Position numbers and translations under genes: made by a program | Shown: positions 28,888 through 38,171 of the stretch, one piece after another | Numbering within the stretch: position 1 is the stretch's first letter | Layout of the letters: every line of letters starts with the position of its first letter | IMG/VR virus record: IMGVR_UViG_3300032236_001024 | Location: 96,001 to 160,000 of that record | DNA: 64,000 bases | From: a virus | Lineage: Duplodnaviria; Caudoviricetes | Strand: one strand, 5' to 3' | Notes under the pieces: model-generated | The model's input: the letters and a program-made list of their open reading frames with translations, nothing else | Database searches by the model: none | Told to the model about the DNA's origin: nothing

Positions 28888-29454
28888 TTAGGCAATCATG
28901 TCGTAAAGTTCTTTCCAGTTTTTGACCAGAGGAATACCTTTATGGTTCATGTTATGCCCATGTTCCATAAGAATAGGGTTAAGACCATATTGTTTTCCAA
29001 CTTCTGCATTTTCAATCTTGTCTTCAATCCAATACAGTTCCTTATCCTTATACTTTGCAAGTGCATCATGCTTATCAGCACCAGTATCTAGATAAGTAAA
29101 TCCATCAAAAACAGTCTCACCAAAAATCTTTTGAAGATTTTGTGTCCGTAATTGACATGCAGATGGATCAAGACTAAGAGAAGTGATTACATGGAATACA
29201 TATCCATGCTCACGATGAAGCTTCTGAACATATTCAATAGCATCACGAAGAGGAGGAAGGAAACCAATCATGGCTGATTCATTAAAATCACGAATCAAAT
29301 CCTTAGCACGTTCAGTACTAATCTCATATTGAACACCAATGCTATAAAAAGTTCCTTTGTTTAAATTCTTATAGCCTTTACGTTCCATCCATACATTAAA
29401 AGCATATTCCCAATTGAGAAGTACACCATCACAATCCGTCAAAATTAGAGTCAT
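28888..29454 (-). CDS. HAD-superfamily hydrolase (5'-nucleotidase-like)
   Basis: ILTDCDGVL, VITS, K, WIEDK. Confidence 0.8.
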   Translation of the reverse strand: MTLILTDCDGVLLNWEYAFNVWMERKGYKNLNKGTFYSIGVQYEISTERAKDLIRDFNESAMIGFLPPLRDAIEYVQKLHREHGYVFHVITSLSLDPSACQLRTQNLQKIFGETVFDGFTYLDTGADKHDALAKYKDKELYWIEDKIENAEVGKQYGLNPILMEHGHNMNHKGIPLVKNWKELYDMIA

Positions 29455-29464
29455 AATAAACCTT

Positions 29465-29959
29465 TCACTCTTGAATTACACCTTCGTTTATTTTACGATC
29501 TTGAGCCCATTGAACAACCAAACCTATTGCTCTACCATGTGCTTCTATTTCCCATGGCTGATCCCAATACGTAACTTTAGTAGTGTCTACTTTCTTTTTG
29601 TTGTAGACATATACTTTATTATTCTTCATTGTCTGATAATATTCGCCTTTTGCCCACTGCTTGACATGCACCAATTCATGGGCAAAACAATCCACCATGA
29701 CATGAAGCTTTTGATCTGGGTCTATATCTATGGTAAAAACTTTTGGTCTGAAATGAGTATCTTCCCATATACAACAGCCAAATATTTTTTCTTCTTTAAA
29801 CATATTTTTTTTAAAAACAACAGTTATGTTGAGTTTCTTTTGCATAGATTTGGTGAAAAATTTATCAAGAATATATCCACCAAAATCTTTGAAATATTCA
29901 AGCACTAATGGCGAAACATGTTTTTGATTTTTAAATTTGATCATAATAAAATGTCCCAT
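29465..29959 (-). CDS. putative zinc metallopeptidase
   Basis: AHELVHVKQW...PWEIEA (HExxH plus downstream Glu). Confidence 0.7.
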   Translation of the reverse strand: MGHFIMIKFKNQKHVSPLVLEYFKDFGGYILDKFFTKSMQKKLNITVVFKKNMFKEEKIFGCCIWEDTHFRPKVFTIDIDPDQKLHVMVDCFAHELVHVKQWAKGEYYQTMKNNKVYVYNKKKVDTTKVTYWDQPWEIEAHGRAIGLVVQWAQDRKINEGVIQE

Positions 29960-29965
29960 TTCAAC

Positions 29966-29977
29966 TATTTATAAATA
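29966..29977. promoter_or_regulatory. palindromic divergent T4-type late promoter
   Basis: TATTTATAAATA reads TATAAATA on both strands between divergent genes. Confidence 0.6.
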
Positions 29978-30000
29978 CCATAAACAATGGAGAATGTCAA

Positions 30001-30288
30001 GTGGATGTAGGTTCTATTTTCAAATTCATATCAGATGTAGGATTTCCAATAGCCGCAGCATGTGCTGGTGGTTATTTTGTTTTTCTGACCATGAAATTTA
30101 TTCTTGCTGGTGTGACCAGTTCAGTTAATGGATTAAAAGGAATAATTATAGCATTAGATAATCGTGTGAAGACAATGAACCATGACGTTATTCGCATTGA
30201 CACTCTTGTAAGTAATGCACTTGGTGTTAAGCCAGATGTTGATAGAATTGCCAGAGCAGACGGCAAAAATGATGCTAGAAGAGATTAA
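30001..30288 (+). CDS. single-TM membrane protein (paralog of 31261-31704)
   Basis: GFPIAAACAGGYFV...IIALDNRVKTMNHDVIRI. Confidence 0.6.
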   Translation: MDVGSIFKFISDVGFPIAAACAGGYFVFLTMKFILAGVTSSVNGLKGIIIALDNRVKTMNHDVIRIDTLVSNALGVKPDVDRIARADGKNDARRD

Positions 30289-30300
30289 TAGGAGAAAAAC

Positions 30301-30834
30301 ATGGCAGAAGTAAAACCATTATCAAGAAGTGAACGTGAAGCACAAATCAAAGATAAGGCTGGGTGGGTCATCACAGTTGTCGCTGCATTACTTGCATTCA
30401 ATACATACATCGCAAATGGTTTGAGTGGAACAGTTCTTACTAATACAATCAAGGCTAATGATACTTGGTCTTTCTATCAAGCTAAGTCAATCAAGCAGAC
30501 TATGAATGAAATGGCTGCGGATGAAGCAGAATCTCGTGGTGATAAAGCAAAGGCTGAAAAGTATCGTGCAACTGCTATTAGATATGAATCAGAACCTTCT
30601 ACTGGTGAAGGAAAGAAGGAATTGATGGCTAAGGCAATACAACTTGAAGCTGATCGTGATGCAGCAAAGAAAAGAAGTCCATGGTTAACTTTTTCTGGTA
30701 CTGCCTATCAATTAGGTATTGTGCTTCTTTCTGCATCAATTCTTGCTGTAAGTATGCCATTGTTTTGGGGTAGTATTGCTGCCAGTGCTGTAGGTGCATT
30801 ACTAATGAGTCAAGGTATATGGATGTTTTTTTAA
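30301..30834 (+). CDS. DUF4337-like membrane protein
   Basis: ANDTWSFYQAKSIKQ motif, three TM segments. Confidence 0.7.
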   Translation: MAEVKPLSRSEREAQIKDKAGWVITVVAALLAFNTYIANGLSGTVLTNTIKANDTWSFYQAKSIKQTMNEMAADEAESRGDKAKAEKYRATAIRYESEPSTGEGKKELMAKAIQLEADRDAAKKRSPWLTFSGTAYQLGIVLLSASILAVSMPLFWGSIAASAVGALLMSQGIWMFF

Positions 30835-30850
30835 TTAAGAGGAGTCGATA

Positions 30851-31165
30851 ATGATAAAGAAATTGGAAAATAATTCAAAATTTAATAAATTTGATATGGA
30901 TGGAGATGGTGTAGTGTCTGATGCGGAAATGAAAAAAGCTGAAGAGATGATGGAGTTTGAAAATAAGGATGCTAAAGAAGATCAATTGAGAAAGATGGCA
31001 TGGACTGCTATGATTAGTATGGTTCTTTTTACATTCTTTCTTTTCTTACCTTATGTTTCAATAGAAAGAATTGCTGCATTGGCTAGTGTTCTTCAGATGT
31101 TTTATATCGCACAGGCTGGTGTTGTTGCAACATTCTTTGGTGCTACTGCTTATGTGAGTAAATAA
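30851..31165 (+). CDS. membrane protein with EF-hand-like loop
   Basis: DMDGDGVVSDAE followed by two TM helices. Confidence 0.55.
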   Translation: MIKKLENNSKFNKFDMDGDGVVSDAEMKKAEEMMEFENKDAKEDQLRKMAWTAMISMVLFTFFLFLPYVSIERIAALASVLQMFYIAQAGVVATFFGATAYVSK

Positions 31166-31166
31166 A

Positions 31167-31268
31167 ATGAATTTAGAAAAATTTGAAACATATGCAGTTT
31201 ATTGTTTTGTAGTTATAGCTATTGTCCTAGTAACATTTGTTGGATGGGATATGATTGCAAATGGATAA
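31167..31268 (+). CDS. 33-aa single-TM peptide (not in ORF track)
   Basis: MNLEKFETYAVYCFVVIAIVLVTFVGWDMIANG. Confidence 0.35.
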   Translation: MNLEKFETYAVYCFVVIAIVLVTFVGWDMIANG

Positions 31269-31704
31269 TCTAGCAGACCTAATCAATAAATTTGGTTTTC
31301 CTTTAGTAGCCGCAGCTGGACTTGGATACTTCGTATACTTTGTTTGGCAGTGGGCTACTGTTGAAATTAAACCAGTTCTTTCAGAAGCATCAACAGTTCT
31401 TATTGCTCTTATTGATCGTATACGTATGCTTGATAACGATTTGATTCGCCTCAATCAAAAGATTAATATAGTTCTTCAATTGAGAGGAAAAGAGATTGAA
31501 TCAGAACGTCATCTTCATGATGTTGAAACAGCAGCCAAGGCTCAACAGCGTGAACTAGAAGCAGCTGATAAACAAGTAAGAGCGGCTGAGGAATTAGCAT
31601 CTAAGCATCATGGCAGTACTATCGAAATAGATCATATTACCATAAAGAACCCAGAGCATGATGCCACCAAGCAACCAGACAAAGAAGATAAGAAAGTAAA
31701 TTAA
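31261..31704 (+). CDS. single-TM coiled-coil membrane protein (paralog of 30001-30288)
   Basis: GFPLVAAAGLGYFV...LIALIDRIRMLDNDLIRL. Confidence 0.6.
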   Translation: MDNLADLINKFGFPLVAAAGLGYFVYFVWQWATVEIKPVLSEASTVLIALIDRIRMLDNDLIRLNQKINIVLQLRGKEIESERHLHDVETAAKAQQRELEAADKQVRAAEELASKHHGSTIEIDHITIKNPEHDATKQPDKEDKKVN

Positions 31705-31706
31705 TT

Positions 31707-32333
31707 TCAATCAAATTTGATTTCTATAACACCAGTAAATTTACCTTCTGGTGGTGGCAATGTAGATATAGAATTAATAATTTTTTCTGCTGTACTGTTT
31801 AGTTTTTGATTAGTAGAGTTGACTATCCAAGTTGACTCTACTTTCCCTTTTAATCCTATTAAGAAACCAATCTTTACGTTTCCTTTTAAACCATCTGGTG
31901 GACGTTTTTTATTCTTTTCAATCATTTTTTTGACATTTGCTCCATATGAAACATTGGTCATACCACCACCTTGAACACCAAAATCAACACCAGCAAGTTT
32001 CTTTTCAAATGTATCGTTTGATGCTTCTTGTTGAAGAACTGGTTTTACTTCTTCTTTCTTTTCTTCTTTTTCTATTGTTTCGGCTGTTTCATCTATAATT
32101 TTAACTTCTTCAATAGGTTTTTCTTCTGTAACAACTTCTTCAATTGCAGTAATAGCTTCTTGAGCTACTGAACTTTCCGTTACTTCATCATCAATTGATT
32201 CACCATATGCTAATTCGATTGCAATTACTTTCGATTGAAAAACAGCCGAATCAGCTTGCTTTGATAAAATAAATGGTATAATAACTCCTATATGTAAAGC
32301 AATTGACGCCAATAATGTAATATATTTTTTCAC
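31707..32333 (-). CDS. TonB-like energy transducer
   Basis: SIALHIG TM with S-x3-H motif, Glu-rich spacer, TonB C-terminal fold (G.V.I.F.I...G.V). Confidence 0.7.
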   Translation of the reverse strand: MKKYITLLASIALHIGVIIPFILSKQADSAVFQSKVIAIELAYGESIDDEVTESSVAQEAITAIEEVVTEEKPIEEVKIIDETAETIEKEEKKEEVKPVLQQEASNDTFEKKLAGVDFGVQGGGMTNVSYGANVKKMIEKNKKRPPDGLKGNVKIGFLIGLKGKVESTWIVNSTNQKLNSTAEKIINSISTLPPPEGKFTGVIEIKFD

Positions 32334-32539
32334 TTATGTAAATCTTTCAATAAGTTTAGATCAATTTTTTTCTTATCGTAGCATTTGCCTTCTGTATTAA
32401 ACCAACTAAATTTAGACCAGAAGATCATAGTCTTTAATGCTTCTTGACATTGCTGCTCTGTCTTGAACTCTAGTGCTATTTTCCCCGGTATATCGGTAGG
32501 AACGCTATTATGTACTACTATTAAAAATAAAATCCACAT
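32330..32539 (-). CDS. hypothetical exported protein
   Basis: MWILFLIV, F..EQQC..A...C motif. Confidence 0.4.
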   Translation of the reverse strand: MWILFLIVVHNSVPTDIPGKIALEFKTEQQCQEALKTMIFWSKFSWFNTEGKCYDKKKIDLNLLKDLHK

Positions 32540-32542
32540 ATT

Positions 32543-33271
32543 TCACGCCCATTTTATTATTTCAAATGATCCGTCATGGTTTTCTACCAAGGCGGTACAT
32601 GATTCTACCCAATCACCACAATTCATATATCTAACGCCGCAAATATCACGAATATTAGCGTGGTGAATATGACCGCAAATAATACCATCTAGCTTTTTAC
32701 CTTTAACATAATTACATAATGTTTCTTCATAATTACCAATAAAGTTTACTGATTCTTTAACTTTATACTTCAAATAAGCTGATAGCGACCAGTAAGGTAA
32801 CCCAAAAACCGTTCTCACTTTGTTAATGAAACGACTAATATTAATACTAACATCATAAGCCCATCCACCAAAGTGAGCAAGCCATGCAGCATTTCGCATT
32901 ACTATATCAAACTGATCGCCATGAGTAACAAGATATAACTTGCCATCAACGCCAACGTGTATGGACTCTTTGACCATGATAATATGACCAAATTCATTGT
33001 CACAATAGTTACGCATAACATCATCATGGTTTCCTGGGATATAAACAATTTCTGTACCTTTTCTAGCTCTACGAAGCAGCTTTTGAATCACATCATTATG
33101 AAACTGAAGCCATATCATTTTCTTAGACATAGCCCAACAATCAACAATATCACCTACTAGATAAACTTTCTCACACTCAAATGTTTTCATGAAATCAAGC
33201 AGTTTGTCCGCTTGACTCATCTTTGTGCCAAGATGAATATCTGAAATGAATACCGTTTTATAAGACTTCAT
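32543..33271 (-). CDS. UDP-2,3-diacylglucosamine diphosphatase-like metallophosphoesterase
   Basis: DIHLG, LVGDIVD, PGNHD, THGDQFD, CGHIH, NCGDWVESCTA. Confidence 0.85.
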   Translation of the reverse strand: MKSYKTVFISDIHLGTKMSQADKLLDFMKTFECEKVYLVGDIVDCWAMSKKMIWLQFHNDVIQKLLRRARKGTEIVYIPGNHDDVMRNYCDNEFGHIIMVKESIHVGVDGKLYLVTHGDQFDIVMRNAAWLAHFGGWAYDVSINISRFINKVRTVFGLPYWSLSAYLKYKVKESVNFIGNYEETLCNYVKGKKLDGIICGHIHHANIRDICGVRYMNCGDWVESCTALVENHDGSFEIIKWA

Positions 33272-33969
33272 CTAAAATCCTTGTATTCGTTTGTGGTAGA
33301 TTTGTTTTTGAACGTCACTGAGAAATAATTTGTAAGGTATAACCATGTAGTTTTTATGACACCTTGCTCTTCAAGTCTTCTTGGAGATGTTGTAGTAACC
33401 ATATACATATTAAATACTACTTTACCAAGATGCTGAATACGTTTTGCAGTCATAGTATCTTCACCATAGAAAGCAATAGATGTATCATAACCACCAACTT
33501 GATCTAGAGCTTTCTTTTTAATCATACAATTGCCGCCCTGAAGAAATACACCAACATTATCATTACTAAATTTTGCAAGAAAATAATAAAACTTTGTCAT
33601 AATCTTTAAACCAAAACTAGCACCTTCGTATTCGAGAGGACCAGTTACAGCAACAACTTCTTCATTTGATAATACGCTCAATGCTTCCCATATCCATCCA
33701 TCAGTCAACTTTGAATCAGCATCAATGTTAGCAATCAACCAACCTCTAGCAGCTTCATAACCAGCTTGTCTTGCGTACACAACCCCCTTACGAGGTTCTT
33801 TAATAACAAAAGCAAGTTCTTCTTCTGCGATTTCAGCTGTTCTATCAGTACAGTTATTATCAACTACAATAATTTCATACGGAACATACCACATATTTTT
33901 TCTGATTGAACGAATGCAATCTTTGATATGTTTTTCTTCGTTATAACATGGAATTATAAATGTAATCAT
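33268..33969 (-). CDS. GT2 glycosyltransferase
   Basis: IIPCYNEE, VVDNNCTD, DAD, GEDT. Confidence 0.88.
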   Translation of the reverse strand: MITFIIPCYNEEKHIKDCIRSIRKNMWYVPYEIIVVDNNCTDRTAEIAEEELAFVIKEPRKGVVYARQAGYEAARGWLIANIDADSKLTDGWIWEALSVLSNEEVVAVTGPLEYEGASFGLKIMTKFYYFLAKFSNDNVGVFLQGGNCMIKKKALDQVGGYDTSIAFYGEDTMTAKRIQHLGKVVFNMYMVTTTSPRRLEEQGVIKTTWLYLTNYFSVTFKNKSTTNEYKDFR

Positions 33970-34502
33970 TTTATTGTCATTTCTTTCTTTATTTTATAAT
34001 ATGAAGTGTTATTTTTTCTAGCAGCTTCGTTAATACCATTATACTCTATACCACGATAAATTATTGTTTTTAATAAAGGATGTTTAAGTCTTTTTTCTTC
34101 AGAACAAGGTTGTTTTTTACTTTTATTTGGGGAAGGTTTACCATACATTGGATTTTTATCGCCAATCATTTTTCTTTTTTCAATCCATTCTGGTGATTGT
34201 TTTAATCCTTTTGCTTTCCCTTTACGGTTTTCACTAATTTTCTTTTTTGTTTCTTCTGTGTGTTTTTTGCCATAAAAAAAATTACCATCACTACGTCTTG
34301 CGTCATACATTATTTTCATTCTTTCTTCTTCTGTTATAAGACCCAAAAGACCTTTCCAAGCAAGATAGTCTTGCCACCTTCCATATTCTTCATAAAGAAT
34401 ATGATGAGCTTCTGCGTGTTCTTCAACAGTCAGTTCAATTAAATTGGAAGGTTCGTCAGTTCCTCCCATATGTTTTGGTATTATATGATGTTTATGTTTC
34501 AT
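33966..34502 (-). CDS. HNH homing endonuclease with NUMOD3 repeats
   Basis: HKHHIIPKHMGG...NLIELTVEEHAEAH; GKKHTEETKKKIS; NPMYGK. Confidence 0.85.
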   Translation of the reverse strand: MKHKHHIIPKHMGGTDEPSNLIELTVEEHAEAHHILYEEYGRWQDYLAWKGLLGLITEEERMKIMYDARRSDGNFFYGKKHTEETKKKISENRKGKAKGLKQSPEWIEKRKMIGDKNPMYGKPSPNKSKKQPCSEEKRLKHPLLKTIIYRGIEYNGINEAARKNNTSYYKIKKEMTIK

Positions 34503-34507
34503 ATATC

Positions 34508-34515
34508 TATTTATA
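34508..34515 (-). promoter_or_regulatory. T4-type late promoter
   Basis: TATAAATA directly upstream of HNH gene. Confidence 0.55.
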
Positions 34516-34538
34516 AATTTTATATTTGTACGATAAAC

Positions 34539-36587
34539 CTATTTTACTGAAGTTCTAAAAATTCCATCCCAGTCTTTTGGTAACGGGTTCTTCTTATAAT
34601 CTTCAATTCTTTCCATCATCATATCATAGTATTCTTTCATCTCACCATTAAATGCTGGTATAAGAATTGTAAAATAATTATCTAATTGATGCCACTTCTG
34701 AGCACGATAGTAATTAATAAATTCTTTGTGGTACTTCGCATACTTCTCGTTGATATATGTTTTATCTACTATGGTATAAATGTTCACACCTTCTGACTTA
34801 CCCTTAACAGCAAGACAATCTAGTTCTAAACATAAATAATCATCCTTTACATACTCATATGTTTTGGGACCAATAACCATTTTTACATGGTATGGTTTAC
34901 TCTGTCCTTCAAGACGAGACGCCAAGTTAACAGTGTCACCCAAGCAAGTGTAATCAAAACGCTGGGCTGATCCCATATTTCCGACGACAACAGAACCAGT
35001 ATTGATACCAAGACCCATACCAAAAGGAGGAACACCATCCGCAGAAATTTCTTTGTTGAATCTGTCCAAGTCACCCAACATCTCCAATGCTGTCTTAACT
35101 GCATGTTTCGCATGTTCTGCATCATCTAACGGCGCATTCCAGAATGCCATCTGAGCATCACCAATGTATTTATCCAATGTACCTTCATTTTCAATAATCT
35201 TAGCAGTCATCGCTGTCATATAGCGATTCATTATTTGTGTAAGACCTTGTACATCACTACCATAGTGTTCAGATATAGTAGTAAACCCACGAACATCAGT
35301 AAACATAATCGAAAGTTCACGAGTCTCACCTCCTAATTTCAATAATTCTGGATTCTTTTGCAACTTCTCAACTAGTGCTGGAGATAGATAGGTTCCAAAC
35401 TGTTTTTTGATCTGTTGCTTGAGTCTAAATTCTCTAGCAAAATTGTTAAAAATTAATTGTCCAAATAGAAAAATACCTGAAACTAGCATGAAGCTTGCAT
35501 CGAATAATTGCATATACCATGCGAACATGTAATAGGATGAAGCAACTGCAAGGAGGACAAACGATGCGAACAACGGAATTGTCAACTTTACTGAAGTACG
35601 TGGAACCAGAAATAGCAATAACCCTAATAGTAATGTCAACAGGATTAGTTCTATCTCTTTGGCATCTGGCAAGCGTGTTATCGAGGTTCCATCAATGAGG
35701 TTCTGTAATGTTTGAGCTTGTATCTCATGTGCCCATTTTTCTCCATTTGGGGTGGAGATTATACCGCCAACGCCTTCAATAGTCAAACCAAGTATAACAA
35801 CTTTACCTTCAACTCTTTTATCAATTTCAGTTGCTTCTAATGAACTGAACTTATTATTCCAAGCTAACCAAATACGACCACGTTCATCAGTCTTGATTGG
35901 TGGATATTGAGGAACTCTTACTGCTTCAACTCCAAACTCATTTGTTTTAACTTGGAAACTTGGGTCTCCAGCTGCAACACGAATGGTTTCCAAAGGAATA
36001 GATGGATATAAATTCCCTGCAATATTAACAAGTAGAGGCATACGGCGAACAACGCCATCGATTTCAGGGATAGTAGCTGAAACCCCGACGCCTGAAGCAG
36101 ATTCTGAAAAGATATCCAGAGGGCGTAATCCACCAGGCCAACGATAAACAACATTATTAGGGTCAACAGAACCAATTGCAGCGAACCCACGACGAACAGC
36201 ATCTGGTTTACTATTTTGAGTAGTTGGGGTTTGAGCAAGGATAACACCATCAAGAGTTTTTGCAAGTTCACTATCTCCCCCTGCTCTATCTTTTTCTGAA
36301 AATATCATAGGTGCCACTATAACTGTGGCACCATTTTCCTTCAGTTTATTAATTGTTTTAGCAATATCTCTACGATCAAAAGGCCACTGACCAAACTTCT
36401 CTACAGACTTTTCACCAAAATTGACTAAAACTAATTCATCTGACTGTTTTTCAGGCAATGTTTTTATTAAATAATCAAATGTCTTTAATTGAAGAGTCTG
36501 AACAGGACTTGGGTTATAAATGTATAATACTATTAAAAGACATGCAGTAATTACTGCTGCCCAAGTACTGGTAAGATACTTCATCAT
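34539..36587 (-). CDS. CHASE2-domain class III adenylate/guanylate cyclase
   Basis: CHASE2 (GQWPFDR, DGVVRRMPL), three TM helices, catalytic FTDVRGFT, DKYIGDA, YTCLGDTVNLASRLEG; K in LDKY indicates ATP specificity. Confidence 0.93.
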   Translation of the reverse strand: MMKYLTSTWAAVITACLLIVLYIYNPSPVQTLQLKTFDYLIKTLPEKQSDELVLVNFGEKSVEKFGQWPFDRRDIAKTINKLKENGATVIVAPMIFSEKDRAGGDSELAKTLDGVILAQTPTTQNSKPDAVRRGFAAIGSVDPNNVVYRWPGGLRPLDIFSESASGVGVSATIPEIDGVVRRMPLLVNIAGNLYPSIPLETIRVAAGDPSFQVKTNEFGVEAVRVPQYPPIKTDERGRIWLAWNNKFSSLEATEIDKRVEGKVVILGLTIEGVGGIISTPNGEKWAHEIQAQTLQNLIDGTSITRLPDAKEIELILLTLLLGLLLFLVPRTSVKLTIPLFASFVLLAVASSYYMFAWYMQLFDASFMLVSGIFLFGQLIFNNFAREFRLKQQIKKQFGTYLSPALVEKLQKNPELLKLGGETRELSIMFTDVRGFTTISEHYGSDVQGLTQIMNRYMTAMTAKIIENEGTLDKYIGDAQMAFWNAPLDDAEHAKHAVKTALEMLGDLDRFNKEISADGVPPFGMGLGINTGSVVVGNMGSAQRFDYTCLGDTVNLASRLEGQSKPYHVKMVIGPKTYEYVKDDYLCLELDCLAVKGKSEGVNIYTIVDKTYINEKYAKYHKEFINYYRAQKWHQLDNYFTILIPAFNGEMKEYYDMMMERIEDYKKNPLPKDWDGIFRTSVK

Positions 36588-37570
36588 TTTGTTTGCCTTA
36601 TAGTTATTCTATTTGATCCACCATCACCTATTTTCGCTGTATTTATGTCGCTATTTCTTTGTAAGTCAATAGAAGCATTTCCGTTTGTACCAAAGTCAAG
36701 AAACAGATGGTTGTTAGCATCATTGTTTGTTCTGGCTGTAGTATTACCATTTTTCTTCTCTATTATAATAACAGGTGATGCTTCTTCTTTTTGATGGAAC
36801 TTGGATTGAATAGATATCTGTTCTTTTTCTATTTGTTCAGCTTCGTTTCTTTGTCTTTGCGACTCATTTCTTTCTTGTAAAGCTGCCATAATTTCTTTTG
36901 GTACAGCAATAATTAATAGATTGTTTATTTGCTTATCTGTGATACCTGTTATCCTGACTGGCTGAATAGGAGCAGCTGATGGTTGAGAAACATATGTAGC
37001 AGTATATGGTTGATCAAGAACTACTACACCAGAAAGAGACATTACTTCTATCTTTCCAGTAACACAACGTCCAACCTGATCACATGATGGAACAAGAACA
37101 ACAAGACTTCTACCAATCTCATCAACAGTCATATTAAAGTCAGTACCACGAACAGCAATAGTAGCAGTGGGCGTTTGTATATCAACTGATTGAGGATTGG
37201 CGTGTGCTATCTGACCAGAAGCATATCTTACTGTACCAAACCCAACTTTCAATCCAAGTTTGCCACCTGATTGATTAGGATTGAATACAAAATCATCTAT
37301 TAATAGTCTTGAGTTTTCTTTGATGACAACTTTTGTATCATCCTTAAACGAAATGTCCACCGTAGAATTTTTAGTCTCTACGGTGTCCATTGATTCTATA
37401 TTCGAGTCTTTAGTGCCTTCTAATAAATCTTTGTTTCTTTTGATCGAAACAACTGGTCCTTCAAGAGTTCTAATTTTACCTATTTCAGCAAAACTAGTTT
37501 GATGTGTGAACAGTAACGTTATTAGAAGTACCAGTAACCTGAAGCTTAACGGTACTATCAATAGTTCCAC
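36584..37570 (-). CDS. FecR-domain periplasmic protein
   Basis: Signal peptide, F.DDT.V.I.ENS, TPTATIAVRGTDF. Confidence 0.82.
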   Translation of the reverse strand: MELLIVPLSFRLLVLLITLLFTHQTSFAEIGKIRTLEGPVVSIKRNKDLLEGTKDSNIESMDTVETKNSTVDISFKDDTKVVIKENSRLLIDDFVFNPNQSGGKLGLKVGFGTVRYASGQIAHANPQSVDIQTPTATIAVRGTDFNMTVDEIGRSLVVLVPSCDQVGRCVTGKIEVMSLSGVVVLDQPYTATYVSQPSAAPIQPVRITGITDKQINNLLIIAVPKEIMAALQERNESQRQRNEAEQIEKEQISIQSKFHQKEEASPVIIIEKKNGNTTARTNNDANNHLFLDFGTNGNASIDLQRNSDINTAKIGDGGSNRITIRQTK

Positions 37571-38156
37571 CTTGGGTTGTTAATACGGTATTCGAGCTAC
37601 CAAGTATATTAATACCCAAAGTGCTACCAGCACCACCCACAGCGTTCATAGTTGAATTCACATTATTCGCATCTCCAGTGACGGAGATATTGCTCGTTGA
37701 ATTGGATTGTGTAATGTTTGTCGTTACTTGATTTGAAGAACCAGTAATAGCAAGGGTAGAACTAATGTTCTGTCCTTTTATTGTTTGACTGACTGTATTT
37801 AAATTGCCAGTTATAGTCTCAGTTATTTGAGAAGATGAACATGTAGTTAAAATATCACCACATGTTAAAGTGAATTGGTTTGAATCACCATTGATAATGG
37901 AACTATAAGTGTTTGTAGAACCAATAATACTAAAGTTATGAATATTATTACTGCCTGTTTGTTTGACAGTAACATTATTAGTATCACCATTACTTAAAGA
38001 ATAAGTTGTAGTGGAACCAATAGAATTGTTTGTTCCTACCTGTTCTAAATCAATAGTAGAAGCAGAACCAAGCTGCTTCATATATATTGAGTTTTGAGCA
38101 TAAGATGTACTCACAGTTGCCAGCATCATAAAGATTGCTAGTAATATTTTATTCAT
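37494..38156 (-). CDS. curlin-repeat-like secreted protein (CsgA/CsgB-like)
   Basis: Signal peptide then about 22-aa repeats (NSIYMKQLG, LEQVGTNN, VKQTGSNN, TGNLN.V.Q, GSSN.V..Q); N/S/T/Q/G-rich. Confidence 0.7.
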   Translation of the reverse strand: MNKILLAIFMMLATVSTSYAQNSIYMKQLGSASTIDLEQVGTNNSIGSTTTYSLSNGDTNNVTVKQTGSNNIHNFSIIGSTNTYSSIINGDSNQFTLTCGDILTTCSSSQITETITGNLNTVSQTIKGQNISSTLAITGSSNQVTTNITQSNSTSNISVTGDANNVNSTMNAVGGAGSTLGINILGSSNTVLTTQGGTIDSTVKLQVTGTSNNVTVHTSN

Positions 38157-38171
38157 TATTTACTCCCGTTG

